A DNA stretch of 64,000 bases, from assembly GCF_006345805.1 (NCBI RefSeq), contig NC_043025.1, forward strand, positions 12,586,001 to 12,650,000. Reading direction: 5' to 3'. Of this stretch, positions 1 through 12,062 are shown piece after piece. The stretch comes from Octopus sinensis (lineage: Eukaryota). A program made the position numbers and the translations under genes. Numbering within the stretch: the first letter of the stretch is position 1; each line of letters begins with the position of its first letter. Below the pieces are notes generated by a model, which made no database searches, was not told the DNA's origin, and saw nothing but the letters and a program-made list of their open reading frames with translations.

Positions 1-379
1 GCCGATATAATCGACTTAATACCTATGTCTGTCCCCTCTGTGTTTAGCCCCTCGTGGGTAGTAAAGAAATATTTATTTCGTCTGTCTTTACGTTCTGAGA
101 TCAAATTCCGCCGAGGTCGACTTTGCCTTTCATCCTTTCGGGGTCGATTAAATAAGTACCAGTTACGCACTGGGGTCGATGTAATCGACTTAACTCGTTT
201 GTCTGTCCTTGTTTGTCCCCTCCATGTTTAGCCCCTTGTGGGTCGTGAAGGAATAGGCATTTCGTCTGTCTTTACGTTCTGAGTTCAAATTCCGCCGAGG
301 TCGACTATAATTTCTATTTGATTTTTATTTTGATGTTTCAAGTTGATGTACTTGACTCAATAAGTCTCCTCAAGCACAG

Positions 380-520
380 CAGGTACCCCCTACGATCCAA
401 GGTAAGCACAGTAGGCCGTCATTTGTCGGGTCTTCGCAGTCACAGCATATCTCCAAAGGGTCTCGGTCGAATCGTTGCCTCTGTGAGGCCCAACATTCGA
501 AGGTCGTTTTTTTAAAAACC
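380..520 (-). mobile_element. 3' end remnant of an RTE-clade LINE (frameshifted)
   Basis: The minus strand gives DLRMLGLTEAT followed, in another frame, by LWRYAVTAKTRQ. This resembles the C-terminus of RTE ORFs. Recognised by eye only. Confidence 0.45.
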
Positions 521-1134
521 CAGTACTTATTTTATTGCTCTCTTTTTGCCAAAATGCTACGTTACAGGGATGGGAACACACCAACACCAACTGCGAAGCG
601 GTGGTGGGGCACAAACACAGACAGAAAGACATAGATATGTACACATGAAGGACTTTTTAAAATCAGTTTTTCTTTTCTTTGGTTCAGAAAGAAATAGAAG
701 TTATTTCCCTTCATCCGTTAATTCATTTGAACCCTCAACACGCGTGACACAGGCCTTGGTTCTGTCAACAAAATTTCTCTTTTGACCCTTGACCTATTTC
801 ATATTGAAACTGGCCACATCCAGCCTCTCACACTTGCTCTACAATGTCATTCTAAAAAAAAAAACAATCACATAATAGAAACCTCAAAGCTATGAGCAGG
901 ATCAATTCAAAATAATGTGAACAAACATGTACAGGTGTGGCTGTGTGGTAAGTAGCTTGCTTACCAAACACATGATTCCGGGTTCAGTCCCACTGCATGG
1001 CACCTTGGGCAAGTGTCTTCTACTATGGCCTGGGCCGACCAAAGCCTTGAGAGCGGATTTGGTACACAGAAGCTGAAAGAAGCCCGTCGTGTATGTGTGT
1101 ATGTATCTGTGTGTATATATATATATATATATAT

Positions 1135-1165
<31 letters not shown>

Positions 1166-1268
1166 CCGGAGTAAACACAAATGTGAAACAAGGTGGAAAA
1201 AAGAGTACTCAAATACCAGGGGTAGAGTAATATGCTTTATTTAAAAGCAGCAGAAAATTCAACAAAAC

Positions 1269-1307
1269 CTGTTTACTCGGAGTTTCACGTTCCCGTTCGT
1301 CGGACAG
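1269..1307 (-). ncRNA. Minimal type-I hammerhead-ribozyme-like motif in a Penelope-type terminal repeat fragment (fragment about 1165-1320)
   Basis: The minus strand reads CTGT-CCGACGA-ACG GGAA CGT-GAAA-CTC C GAG-TA-A-ACAG. Stems I, II and III can all be formed and the site is GUA. The core has U4>C and there is one extra A before stem I. Confidence 0.45.
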
Positions 1308-1437
1308 TCCGACGAACGGACTTTTAAATAAGTGTGTGTATATATATATATTATATATATATAATATATATATATATATATAGGCTACATTTCGTAACCA
1401 GATATATACACATACATACACACACATATATAGATGT

Positions 1438-1471
<34 letters not shown>

Positions 1472-1531
1472 TATATACATCATACACTCACATATATATA
1501 CTAAATAATACATACATATATATATATATGG

Positions 1532-1715
1532 TACTACTAGCGAACATTGTACCCGTGCGCGCACCCCCACTAGCTAGTCATGACTAGTCGATCCGTAATT
1601 CGTGTTTTTGTGTGTTATTTACTATGCTACGTAGTCGTTGTAGGATCGTCTAGTCACGAGTAGCTTAGCGCAGAAGCACGAGTGCGCGCACCGGGACCAC
1701 TGCTTGCTAGTAGTA
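1532..1715. mobile_element. Small MITE-like element with 10-bp terminal inverted repeats
   Basis: TACTACTAGC at 1532-1541 and GCTAGTAGTA at 1706-1715, embedded in (TA)n. The element is CpG-rich with two internal GTGCGCGCAC palindromes. A related fragment lies near 56220. Confidence 0.5.
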
Positions 1716-1722
1716 TACCTAT

Positions 1723-1753
<31 letters not shown>

Positions 1754-2024
1754 TACATATATATAATATATATATATATATATATACAACGGGCTTGTTT
1801 CAGTTTCGTCCTCAGGTCCACTCACGGGACTTTGGTCGGCCCGGAGCGATATCAGGCAGACACCTGTGCCCGAACTCGTGACCATGTGATTGGGAAAGCC
1901 AACGTCTTACCCTTTCAGCCACGATACATAGAGATAGAGACACTTTTTGTACACAAACAGAAAGTTCCACCCATCAAAGACACGATAAGAACGGTTTTTA
2001 TTATTATTTCTGTTAAATATTTAC

Positions 2025-2226
2025 CTTTATTCAGGGCTTCTAAGGAGGTCTTCACCAATTTGACGGGAACCGCGGCGACGTCCCCGCCCTCATCTTCGCC
2101 GGAGCCGGATTCTTGGAGCAGTTTGTCCAGTTCGTGCTTGACCGATGTCTCCAAGTGGTCGCTGTGTAGCGATTCTTCTAAATAGCTCTTCAGCTGCTGC
2201 GACAGGCGCAATTCCGGGACGTACAT
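2025..2226 (-). CDS. Probable first coding exon of a minus-strand gene continuing left of the window; tentatively TMEM199/VMA12-like
   Basis: ATG at 2226 opens MYVPELRLSQQLKSYLEESLHSDHLETSVKHELDKLLQESGSGEDEGGDVAAVPVKLVKTSLEALNK. The segment is GC-rich, non-repetitive and helical-looking, and ends at a G|GTAAAT donor (2024-2023). A CpG-rich promoter lies directly upstream. The product guess rests only on pattern resemblance. Confidence 0.55.
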
Positions 2227-2229
2227 GGT

Positions 2230-2420
2230 TCCCGTGGTTGTTGTTGATGTTGTTCTTCTTCTTCTTCGTAACTAGACGCGACCTCCAAGACGACGACGAC
2301 GACTCGAACTGGTGACGTCACGAAAGCGTGACGGCAATAACGTCGACGTCACAGAAATGTGTCACTGGCCGCAAAGATGCGTCGTTTTTTTTTACTTTCG
2401 TTTTCCTCTCCAGGGGCGGG
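2230..2420 (-). promoter_or_regulatory. CpG-rich promoter-like region with a CRE palindrome
   Basis: TGACGTCA at 2313-2320, CGACGTCA at 2344-2351 and dense CpG, immediately upstream of the ATG at 2226. Confidence 0.5.
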
Positions 2421-2449
2421 ATTCTGGTTTTAAGTACCCCATTTATATA

Positions 2450-2520
2450 TATATTAAGTACCCCGTTTATATATATATTAAGTACCCCGTTTGTATATAT
2501 ATTAAGTACCCCGTTTATAT
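2450..2520. repeat. About 25-bp minisatellite, 3 copies
   Basis: TTAAGTACCCC(A/G)TTT(A/G)TATATAT(A) repeated three times. Confidence 0.8.
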
Positions 2521-2692
2521 ATATATATATATTATATATATATATATATATATTTTATTTTGGAGAATTTTCAGAAAATATTTGCAAATCTGTGTTCTAT
2601 ACATACGATTTATTTTTATCTGTTGTAGGCATTAGACTGCGGCCAAGCTGGAACACTGCTTTGTAGAACTTTTAATCGACTCCAATACTTAT

Positions 2693-2725
<33 letters not shown>

Positions 2726-3210
2726 GCAAACACACACACACATATATATATACTCTTTACTCTCTTTTACTTGTTTCAGTCATTTGACTGCGGCCATGCT
2801 GGAGCACCGCCTTTTAGTCGAGCAAATCGACACCAGGACTTATTCTTTGTAAGCCTAGTACTTATTCTATTGGTCTCTTTTGCCAAACCGCTAAGTTACG
2901 GGGATGTAAGCACACCAGCATCAGTTGTCAAGCAATGCTAGGGGTACAAACACAGACACACAAACACACACACGCACATATATACATATATATACGACGG
3001 GCTTCTTTCAGTTTCCGTCTACCAAATCCACTATAGTAGAAATAGTAGAAGACACTTACCCAAGGTGCCACACAGTGGGACTGAACCCGGAACCATGCGG
3101 TTGGTAAACAATCTACTTACCACACATCCACTCCTGTGTATATATATATATATATATGTGTAAATATATATATATATATATATAGATATATATATATATA
3201 GATATATATA

Positions 3211-3277
<67 letters not shown>

Positions 3278-3380
3278 TTAGACTGGAGCCTGGTGCAGCC
3301 TTCTGGCTTCCCAGAACCCCGGTCGAACCGTCCAACCCATGCTAGCATGGAGAACGGACGTTAAACGACGATGATGATGA

Positions 3381-3411
<31 letters not shown>

Positions 3412-4059
3412 CTCTCTTTACTCTTTTACTTGTTTCAGTCATTTGACTGTGGCCATGTTGGAGCACCGCCTTTAGTCGAGCAAATCGACCCTGGGACTTA
3501 TTCTTTGTAAGCCTAGTACTTATTCTATCGGTCTATTTTGCTGAACTACTAAGTTACGGGGACGTAAACACACCAGCATCGGTTGTCAAGAGATGTTGGC
3601 AGGGACAAACATATACACCCACATACATATATATATATATATACGATGGGCTTCTTTCAGTTTCCATCTACCAAATCCACTCACAAGGCTTTGGTTGGCC
3701 TGAGGCTATAGTAGAAGTCACTTGCCCAAGGTGCTACGCAGTGGGACTGAACCCAGAACCATGTGGTTTGTAAACAAGCTACTTACCACACAGCCACTCC
3801 TACGCCTATATATATATATATACATACATACGACGGGCTTCTTTCAGTTTCCATCTATCAAATCCACTCACAAGGCTTTGGTCGGCCCGAGGCTATAGTA
3901 GAAATGTTGATGATTGTTTACCCTGGGTCAGATTCTGTAGTGAGGCCCAGTAATTCGGATGTTTTGGCAAATATCATGCTACTCCTTACTCCATCACTGC
4001 TCCCAGGTTTGTGCTAACCTGGGTTGGTAGTTACCTTTTAGTTACCCCCTTGATGGATC

Positions 4060-4180
4060 AAATGACAGAAGATGGAGAACCGGCCTTGAAAAAGAGGATA
4101 TTTATGGACAACTGCTTCAAAACCTCCAGCTTCTATATCCAGACTATGAATTCATATTCATATCAATAATCATAGGTGCA
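4060..4180 (+). mobile_element. Possible C-terminal fragment of a restriction-like-endonuclease (R4/Dong-type) LINE
   Basis: One frame gives EKEDIYGQLLQNLQLLYPDYEFIFISIIIGA, which resembles the tail of RLE domains. The match is short. Confidence 0.3.
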
Positions 4181-4422
4181 GGAGTGGCTGTGCGGTAAGT
4201 AGCTTGCTTTACGAACCACATGGTTCTGAGTTCAGTCCCACTGCGTGGCACCTGGGCAAGTGTCTTCTACTATAGCCTTGGGCCGACCAAAGTTTTATAA
4301 GAGGATTTCAGTGGATGGAAACTGAAAGAAGCCCATGATATATATGTATATATATATACGTATAGGTGTCTGTGTTTATACACACACATATACATATATA
4401 TATATATATATAAAGTTAATCC

Positions 4423-4624
4423 AAACAAGAAAACACAAAAAACCACAACAACGCGAGGACGTGGAACAAATATAGTATTATTGGACGCTCAGGACAGAAG
4501 GGAAGAAGGAGGGTTTAACGTTGCGAGCGGGGCTCTTCGTCGGAAACACAGGAGAAGTAAAGATCCCGAGAAGGGAAGACAGAGGAAAAAAAATCGCCAA
4601 CGGTACACACGAGGTTACATTTTG
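4423..4624 (-). mobile_element. Penelope-type terminal-repeat-like interspersed element (family with GAGC/GCTC hammerhead stem II)
   Basis: Homologous to 5813-5932, 27289-27490 and 37870-38056. The hammerhead-like motif at 4513-4547 has GAAA>GCAA. Confidence 0.6.
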
Positions 4625-5322
4625 GCTGTGTGGTAAGTAGCTTGCTTACCAACCACATTGTTCTGAGTTCATTCCCTCTGCGTGCCACCTAGGGCAAGTG
4701 TTTTCTACTATGGCCTCGTGCTGACCAAAGCCTTGTGAGTAGATTTGGTGGACGGAAACTGAAAGAAGCCCGTCGTATATGTGTATATATATATATGTAT
4801 GTGTGTGTTTCTGTGTCCGTGTTTGTCCCACCAACATCGCTTGACAACTGATGCTGGTGTGCTTACGTCCCCAACACATACATACACATACATACAAACA
4901 TACATTGTATCATCTTTCACATAGTTTTATTGTCCCCTTCTTCTTGCTTGCCTGCACCGGACACAATCCACCGAAGCAGATTTTTTCCACAGCCAGGTGT
5001 GCCGTCCTGTTGCCAACCCTTACCTGTTTCCAAGCAAGGTAAGAGTCCGCCAGTCTTCAAGCCACGAAACAACATGGACACAATCACGACCGTCCTTTTG
5101 TTTGTACAAAAACCTGGACGTGCCTTCGTGATTACCTGCCACTATGAGGCAGCACCTGTGTTTAATAGCAAGGCCGCTGTTTTTGTTTACAGACCCTGGA
5201 TTAAGATTTAAAAAAAAAAAAACAAGGAGAAAATCAATCACATGCATACACACACTTACACACACACTACATTATACACATACCATATAGACTATATATA
5301 TACATATACATATATATATATA

Positions 5323-5377
<55 letters not shown>

Positions 5378-5378
5378 C

Positions 5379-5426
<48 letters not shown>

Positions 5427-5554
5427 TATATATATATATACATTATATATATATTATACATATATATATATATATACATATATATATACATACACACATA
5501 TATATATATAATATATATATATATAAATATATTATATATATACCTTATATATAT

Positions 5555-5593
<39 letters not shown>

Positions 5594-5656
5594 GGTCCCG
5601 GGTTGAGTCGGGGTTAACCACAGTAAATAAGGTACTCAATACATAGCAGAGTAAAT

Positions 5657-5792
5657 TAATTTATTTTATAGAAGGAGCTTCTACAGGACTAGAACTGTTT
5701 CATTCAAATGAAATCATCAGGAAGCTTCCTGAAGATTTCATTTGAATGAAACAGTTCTAGTCCTGTAGAAGCTCCTTCTATAAAATAAATTA
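5657..5792. repeat. 136-bp near-perfect palindrome encoding a hammerhead-like fold on each strand
   Basis: 68-bp arms centred between 5724 and 5725, with a single mismatch (5716/5733). The + strand motif is at 5723-5773 and the - strand motif at 5676-5726. Confidence 0.9.
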
Positions 5793-5812
5793 CATATATA
5801 TATATGTAGTTA

Positions 5813-5932
5813 ATCCAAACATGAAAACACAACAACATGAGGACGTGGAACAAATATAGTATTATTGGACGCTCAGGAAGGAAGGGAAGAAGGAGGGTTT
5901 AACATTTCGAGCGGAGCTCTTCGTCAGAAACA
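5813..5932 (-). mobile_element. Penelope-type terminal-repeat-like element, partial copy
   Basis: The motif at 5897-5931 reads GTTT-CTGACGA-A-GAGC TCC GCTC-GAAA-TGTT-AAAC on the minus strand. Confidence 0.6.
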
Positions 5933-6407
5933 TATATATATATATATATATATGGAGTGGCTGTGTGGTAAGTAGCTTGTTTACTAACCACATGGTTCCG
6001 GGTTCAGTCCCACTGCGTGGCACCTTGGGCAAGTGTCTTCTGCTATAGCCTCGGGCCGACCAAAGCACTGTGAGTGGATTTGGTAGACGGAAACTGAAAG
6101 AAGCCAGTCGTATATATGTATATATATGTATGTGTGCGTGTATGTTTGTATGTCTGTGTTTGTCCCCCTAGCATCGCTTGACAACCGATGCTGGTGTGTT
6201 TATGTCCCCGTTACTTAGAGGTTCGGCAAAAAGTGACCGATAGAATAAGTACTGGGCTTACAAAGAAAAAATCCCAGGGTCGAGTTGCTCGACTAAAGGC
6301 GGTGCTCCAGCATGGCCACAGTCAAACGACTGAAACAAGTAAAAGAGTAAAAGAGAGAGAGTAATATACACATATACATATATATACATATATACTATAT
6401 ATATATA

Positions 6408-6443
<36 letters not shown>

Positions 6444-6520
6444 ATATGTATATATATATATATATATATCTATATCTATATATAATATATATATATCTAT
6501 ATATATATATATATATATAT

Positions 6521-6583
<63 letters not shown>

Positions 6584-7489
6584 ATATATATATATATACA
6601 TATATATATATGTATATATATATATACTGGCTTTATTTCTGTTTGTCCTCCACCACTTGATAGCTGGTGTTGGTCTGGTTATGTGAACATAACTTAGTGG
6701 TTCGGCAAAAAAGATCAATAAATTTTATCAAGTACCAGGTATAAAAAAAGAAAGAACTGGTGTCGATTTGTTTGATTAAAATTCTTCAAAGCAGTGCCCC
6801 AGCATGGTCGCAATCTGATGACTGAAAAAGATAAAAGAACCACTAAATTGCTTAGGTAACTATTGTTCATCTATCTCAGTAATACTATGGCCCTGCTAAA
6901 AATAGCAACCTAAATGCTTTTAAATCAGATAGTAATGCTGCATGGTCAAGAACCAAATGAAGGGCAGATTTGCAATCCTGGGATCATCCTGATTCCAAAA
7001 ATGTATAATATGTCTATGCAGAGCAAATATAGACAGAGATATAGGGGTCCCGGACAGACAGAATTTTGCTTTTATAAATATACTCTTTTACTCTTTTACT
7101 TGTTTCAGTCATTTGACTGTTGCCATGCTGGAGCATCACCTTTAGTTGAGCAAATCGACCCCAGGACTTATTCTTTGTAAGCCTAGTACTTATTCTCTCA
7201 GTCTCTTTTGCTGAACTGCTAAGTTACGGGGACGTAAACACACCAACATCAGTTGTCAAGAGATGTTGAGGGGACAAACACAGACACACAAGCATATATA
7301 TACATGTCTATACATATTTACATATATACGACAGGCTTCTTTCAGATTCCGTCTACCAAATCCACTCAAAAGGCTTTGGTCAGCCCGAGGCTATAGTAGA
7401 AGACACTTGCCCAAGGTGCCACGCAGTGGGACTGAACCCGGAAACCATGTGGTTTGTAAGCAAACTACTTACCACACCGCCACCCTGCA

Positions 7490-7529
<40 letters not shown>

Positions 7530-7554
7530 CTATATATATATATAATAATATAAA

Positions 7555-7593
<39 letters not shown>

Positions 7594-8489
7594 TAGATAT
7601 ATATATATAATAATATCATATATACGACAGGCTTCTTTCAGTTTCCGTCTACCAAATCCACTCAAAAGGCTTTGGTTGGCCCGAGGCTATAGTAGAAGAC
7701 ACTTGCCCAAGTTGCCACGCAGGGGGACTGAACCCGGATCCATTGTTGGTTAAGCAACTACTTACCACACAGCCACTCCTATATAATTCTAAAGAAAATT
7801 CTAAATTCTATATACATAAATATATACATATACACATCACACTATATAATATATACATATATACGACAGGCTTCTTTAAGTTTCCGTCTACCAAATCCAC
7901 TCACAAGGCATTGGTCAGCCCGAGGCCATAGTACAAGACACTTGCCCAAGGTGCCATGCAGTGGGACCGAACTTGGAACCATGTGGTTCATAAGGAAGCT
8001 ACTTACCACACAGCCACTGCTATGCCTATCTGAACTTCTTTTAAGCATAACCTGAATTCTTTAGTTTTTATTCTTTAGTTATCCAGTGACATCATCAATA
8101 ATTGTATACAAAAACAGTCTTTTTAGTTATCGTTTTTATATTATTTTTCTAATTTTCATAATATAGAATACTAATGTTTGTTTTCCTAATTTTTTATTTG
8201 GATTTCATCATTCGCTGACGTTAACAATAACTGAATGACATTTTTCTTAAATACGTTTATTTTTGATTTTATTTTCATTTTTATTCTTTATAAAACAGTT
8301 TCATGATCCAGTGATGTCACCATTATATGAATGAAGGAATGTCTTAAGTTGAATTCGATTGGGGTGTTTCTTTTTGTTACCGTTTACTAACCCCTAATTT
8401 TTTCAGAATCCCTCTCACTATATCTTCCCTCCCCCACCATGTGCCAGATCAGAGATGCACACATTGTCAGGTACTAAGGAACATAAAAT

Positions 8490-10530
8490 CTCAATTGGTT
8501 AAGGTCAAGCAAGTGACAAGCAAATCTGGGTAAGAGCAGAAATATTTGCTATAACGATATTTCTGCTTTCAGCAATTCAGCACTGAATCTGTGAAATGTA
8601 ATGGAAAATAGGTCAGTTTGAAAATCATGATGTCCAGGTGATAAAATGAAGCAAATAGGAATAACCTGACCAGGCAACCGTTAAATTTGTTGGTATTGAG
8701 CAAATCTTTGCTATACCAAATTTCTGCTTCAGCAGCTCTGCACGAATCTGTGTGAATGTAATGGAAAATGGGTTCACCATTTTGAAACATTGATGTTCAG
8801 TCAAAAAGCAAGTTTGAAGGGAATAGTGTCATGTCCTTTGGTTCTAGAGACTCCAATAAGAAATGACACTCACTGACCAAGACACAAGCAAATCTGTGGT
8901 ATTGGTCAGAATATTTGCTATAATAAATTTCTGCTTCACAATTGGTGCTGGATCTGTCCGAAATGTAATGGAAATTGGTCAGTTTCAAAACATTGATGTT
9001 CAGGTCAGAAAGAAGTGAAGGAATAGTAGTCAGAAGCAAGAAGCAAATAGGAAATAACCTGACCAGGCAACCGTAAATTTGTGGTATTGAGCAGAATCTT
9101 TGCTATAACAATATTTCTGCTTCATCAAGCTCTGCGCTGAATCTGTGTGAAATGTAATGGAAAATGGGTCAGTTTGAAAACATTGATGTTCAGGTCAGAA
9201 AAGCAAAGTTTGAAGGAAAGTAGTCATTTCCTTTGATTTTAGACGAAGCAAATAAGAAATGACACTACTGACCAGGACAACCCAAATCTGTGGTATTGGA
9301 GCAGAATCTTTGCTATAACAATATTTCTGCTTCATCAGCTTCTGCGCTGAATCTGTGAAATGTAATGGAAAATGGGTCAGTTTGAAAACATTGATGTTCA
9401 GGTCAGAAAAGCAAAGTTGAAGGGAATAGTAGTCACTTCCTTTGATTTCTAAATAGAAGCAAATAGGAAATAACACTGACCAGGCAACCCGCAAATTTGT
9501 GGTATTGAGCAGAATCTTTGCTATAACAATATTTCTGCTTCATCATCTCTGCACTGAATCTGTGTGAAATGTAATGGAAAATGGGTTCAGTTTGAAAACA
9601 TTGATGTTCAGGTCAGAAAAGCAAAGTTTGAAGGGAATAGTAGTCATTTCCTTTGATTTCTAGACAGAATCCAATAAGAAATGACACTCACTGACCAAAG
9701 ACAACAAGCAAATCTGTGGTATTGGTCAGAATATTTGCTATAATAACATTTCTGCTTCAGCAATTTGGTGCTGGATCTGTCCCGAAATGTAATGGAAAAT
9801 TGGTCAGTTTGAAAACATTGATGTTCAGGTCAGAAAAGCAAAGTTTGAAGGGAATAGTAGTCATTTCCTTTGATTTCTAAATAGAAGCAAATAGGAAATA
9901 ACACTGACCAAGCAACCCGTAAATTTGTGGTATTGAGCAGAATCTTTGCTATAACAATATTTCTGCTTCATCAGCTCTGCGCTGAATCTGTGTGAAATGT
10001 AATGGAAAATGGGTCAGTTTGAAAACATTGATGTTCAGGTCAGAAAAGCAAAGTTTGAAGGGAATAGTAGTCATTTCCTTTGATTTCTAGACAGAAGCAA
10101 ATAGGAAATAACACTGACCAGGCAACCCGTAAATTTGTGGTATTGAGCAGAATCTTTGCTATAACAATATTTCTGCTTCATCAGCTCTGCACTGAATCTG
10201 TGTGAAATGTAATGGAAAATGGGTTCAGTTTGAAAACATTGATGTTCAGGTCAGAAAAGCAAAATTTGAAGGGAATAGTAGTCACTTCCTTTGATTTCTA
10301 AATAGAAGCAAATAGGAAATAACACTGACCAGGCAACCCGCAAATTTGTGGTATTGAGCAGAATCTTTGCTATAACAATATTTCTGCTTCATCATCTCTG
10401 CACTGAATCTGTGTGAAATGTAATGGAAAATGGGTTCAGTTTGAAAACATTGATGTTCAGGTCAGAAAAGCAAAGTTTGAAGGGAATAGTAGTCACTTCC
10501 TTTGATTTCTAAATAGAAAGAAATAGGAAT
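8490..10530. repeat. About 210-bp tandem satellite, about 10 copies
   Basis: The anchor near AGGTCAG recurs at 8636, 8799, 9002, 9192, 9400, 9610, 9827, 10037, 10248 and 10459. The monomer has stops in all six frames. Confidence 0.95.
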
Positions 10531-11851
10531 TAACACTTACTGAACAAAGACAGCCAAAAAAAAAAAGAATGAAATGAAAATATTGTTACACAATATTTAT
10601 TATACAAGACTAAAACCGAATTGCAATCAGCATACTGTTTACCTGCTGTTATGCAGAGCTTGCTACCAACTCACCTATTGATTGTAAAAACAAAAATGAT
10701 ATAAATATTTGTTTAAACAACAACAACAAACACAACAACAATAGCAATAATTTTAATCATAATAACAAACGATATGTCAATACTCTTGCTGTGATATGCA
10801 CACCTGTTGTTATAGACATCACACCTGTCCAGGTGTGTCATCTAGAACATTACTTACCTGTATTAAACACGGACTGTTACCCCCACCTCCCTCTAAGCCC
10901 TTAACCAATTTCTAATGTAGGCACAAGTAACTAGTTTTTTTTTAAAGCCTGGTACTTATTCTATCAATCATTTTTACCAAAGCATTAACCTATGGGGACA
11001 TAAACACACCAACATCAGTTGTCAAATGGTGGTGCTTGACATATACAGACAAACACACACACACACATATTTGGAAAAATATTTGAAAGAATCTATATAA
11101 CCTAACTGCTATTAGTCTGTGGGGAAAGAAGGTATTTTTAATCAATGCTACACGTGTTTCTGCACTAGTGGGGTGTTTATAAAGGTTATACCTAATACAT
11201 AAACCCACCAGTGCATCCTCAGGCTATTTATCTTATTGTTATTATTATTAACGGATCATCATCACCATCGTTTAGCGTCCGCTTTCCATGCTAGCATGGG
11301 TTGGACGGTTCAACTGGGGTCTGGGAAGCCAGAAGGCTGCACCAGGCCCAGTCTGATCTGGCAATGTTTCTACAGCTGGATGCCCTTCCTAACGCCAACC
11401 AATCCATGAGTGTAGTGGGTGCTTTTTACGTGCCAGACGAGTCTGGCAAATGGCCACGATCGGATGGTGCTTTTTATGTGCCACCGGCATCAAAGTTAAA
11501 AATACATATTATAAGTCATATTAAATAGAAAAATAAGAATATGAATTCAAATATAATAAAATATAAATATAATAAAAATATATAAATTACAAATATATTT
11601 TTTAAATATAAAAAAATTAAACAAATTAAAAACATTACAATACCAATATATAGAGAAAATGCTAAACCTAAAGAAACCCTCAATGACTATATTATAAACA
11701 CATCAAATCCAACCGGGAATTTATAATTTAGTGTAAGATCTACCCCTATCTATACAAGTATAAAGTGCCATTTTTTAATGTTAAACATATGTTAATAGTA
11801 TTTGAATTATAAATTTATTGAATAAAACTAGTAAAAAATCTAGTAAAAGAT

Positions 11852-11951
11852 NNNNNNNNNNNNNNNNNNNNNNNNNNNNNNNNNNNNNNNNNNNNNNNNN
11901 NNNNNNNNNNNNNNNNNNNNNNNNNNNNNNNNNNNNNNNNNNNNNNNNNNN
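11852..11951. other. Assembly gap (100 N)
   Basis: Run of 100 N. Confidence 1.
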
Positions 11952-11999
<48 letters not shown>

Positions 12000-12030
12000 C
12001 ATATATATATATTTACTTATATATATATAT

Positions 12031-12062
<32 letters not shown>

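Noticed and set aside
4930-5211. 93-aa ORF / 44-nt exon-like segment (CCACAG…CAAG|GTAAGA)
   Set aside because: The minus strand resembles the GGCAACAGGA.GG..C retro-tail motif seen elsewhere in the window, so it is more likely a degraded repeat.
8407-8470. Phase-1 mini-exon (…MHTLS G|GTACTA) as PEDS1 exon 1
   Set aside because: The phase fits, but there is no similarity to TMEM189 N-termini, the donor is weak, and it abuts repeat-like sequence.
9930-9985. Hammerhead in the 210-bp satellite (minus strand CTGATGA-AGCA-GAAA-TATTGTTATA)
   Set aside because: The core words are present, but there is no stem II and no strand after the NUH that pairs with the sequence 5' of CUGAUGA.
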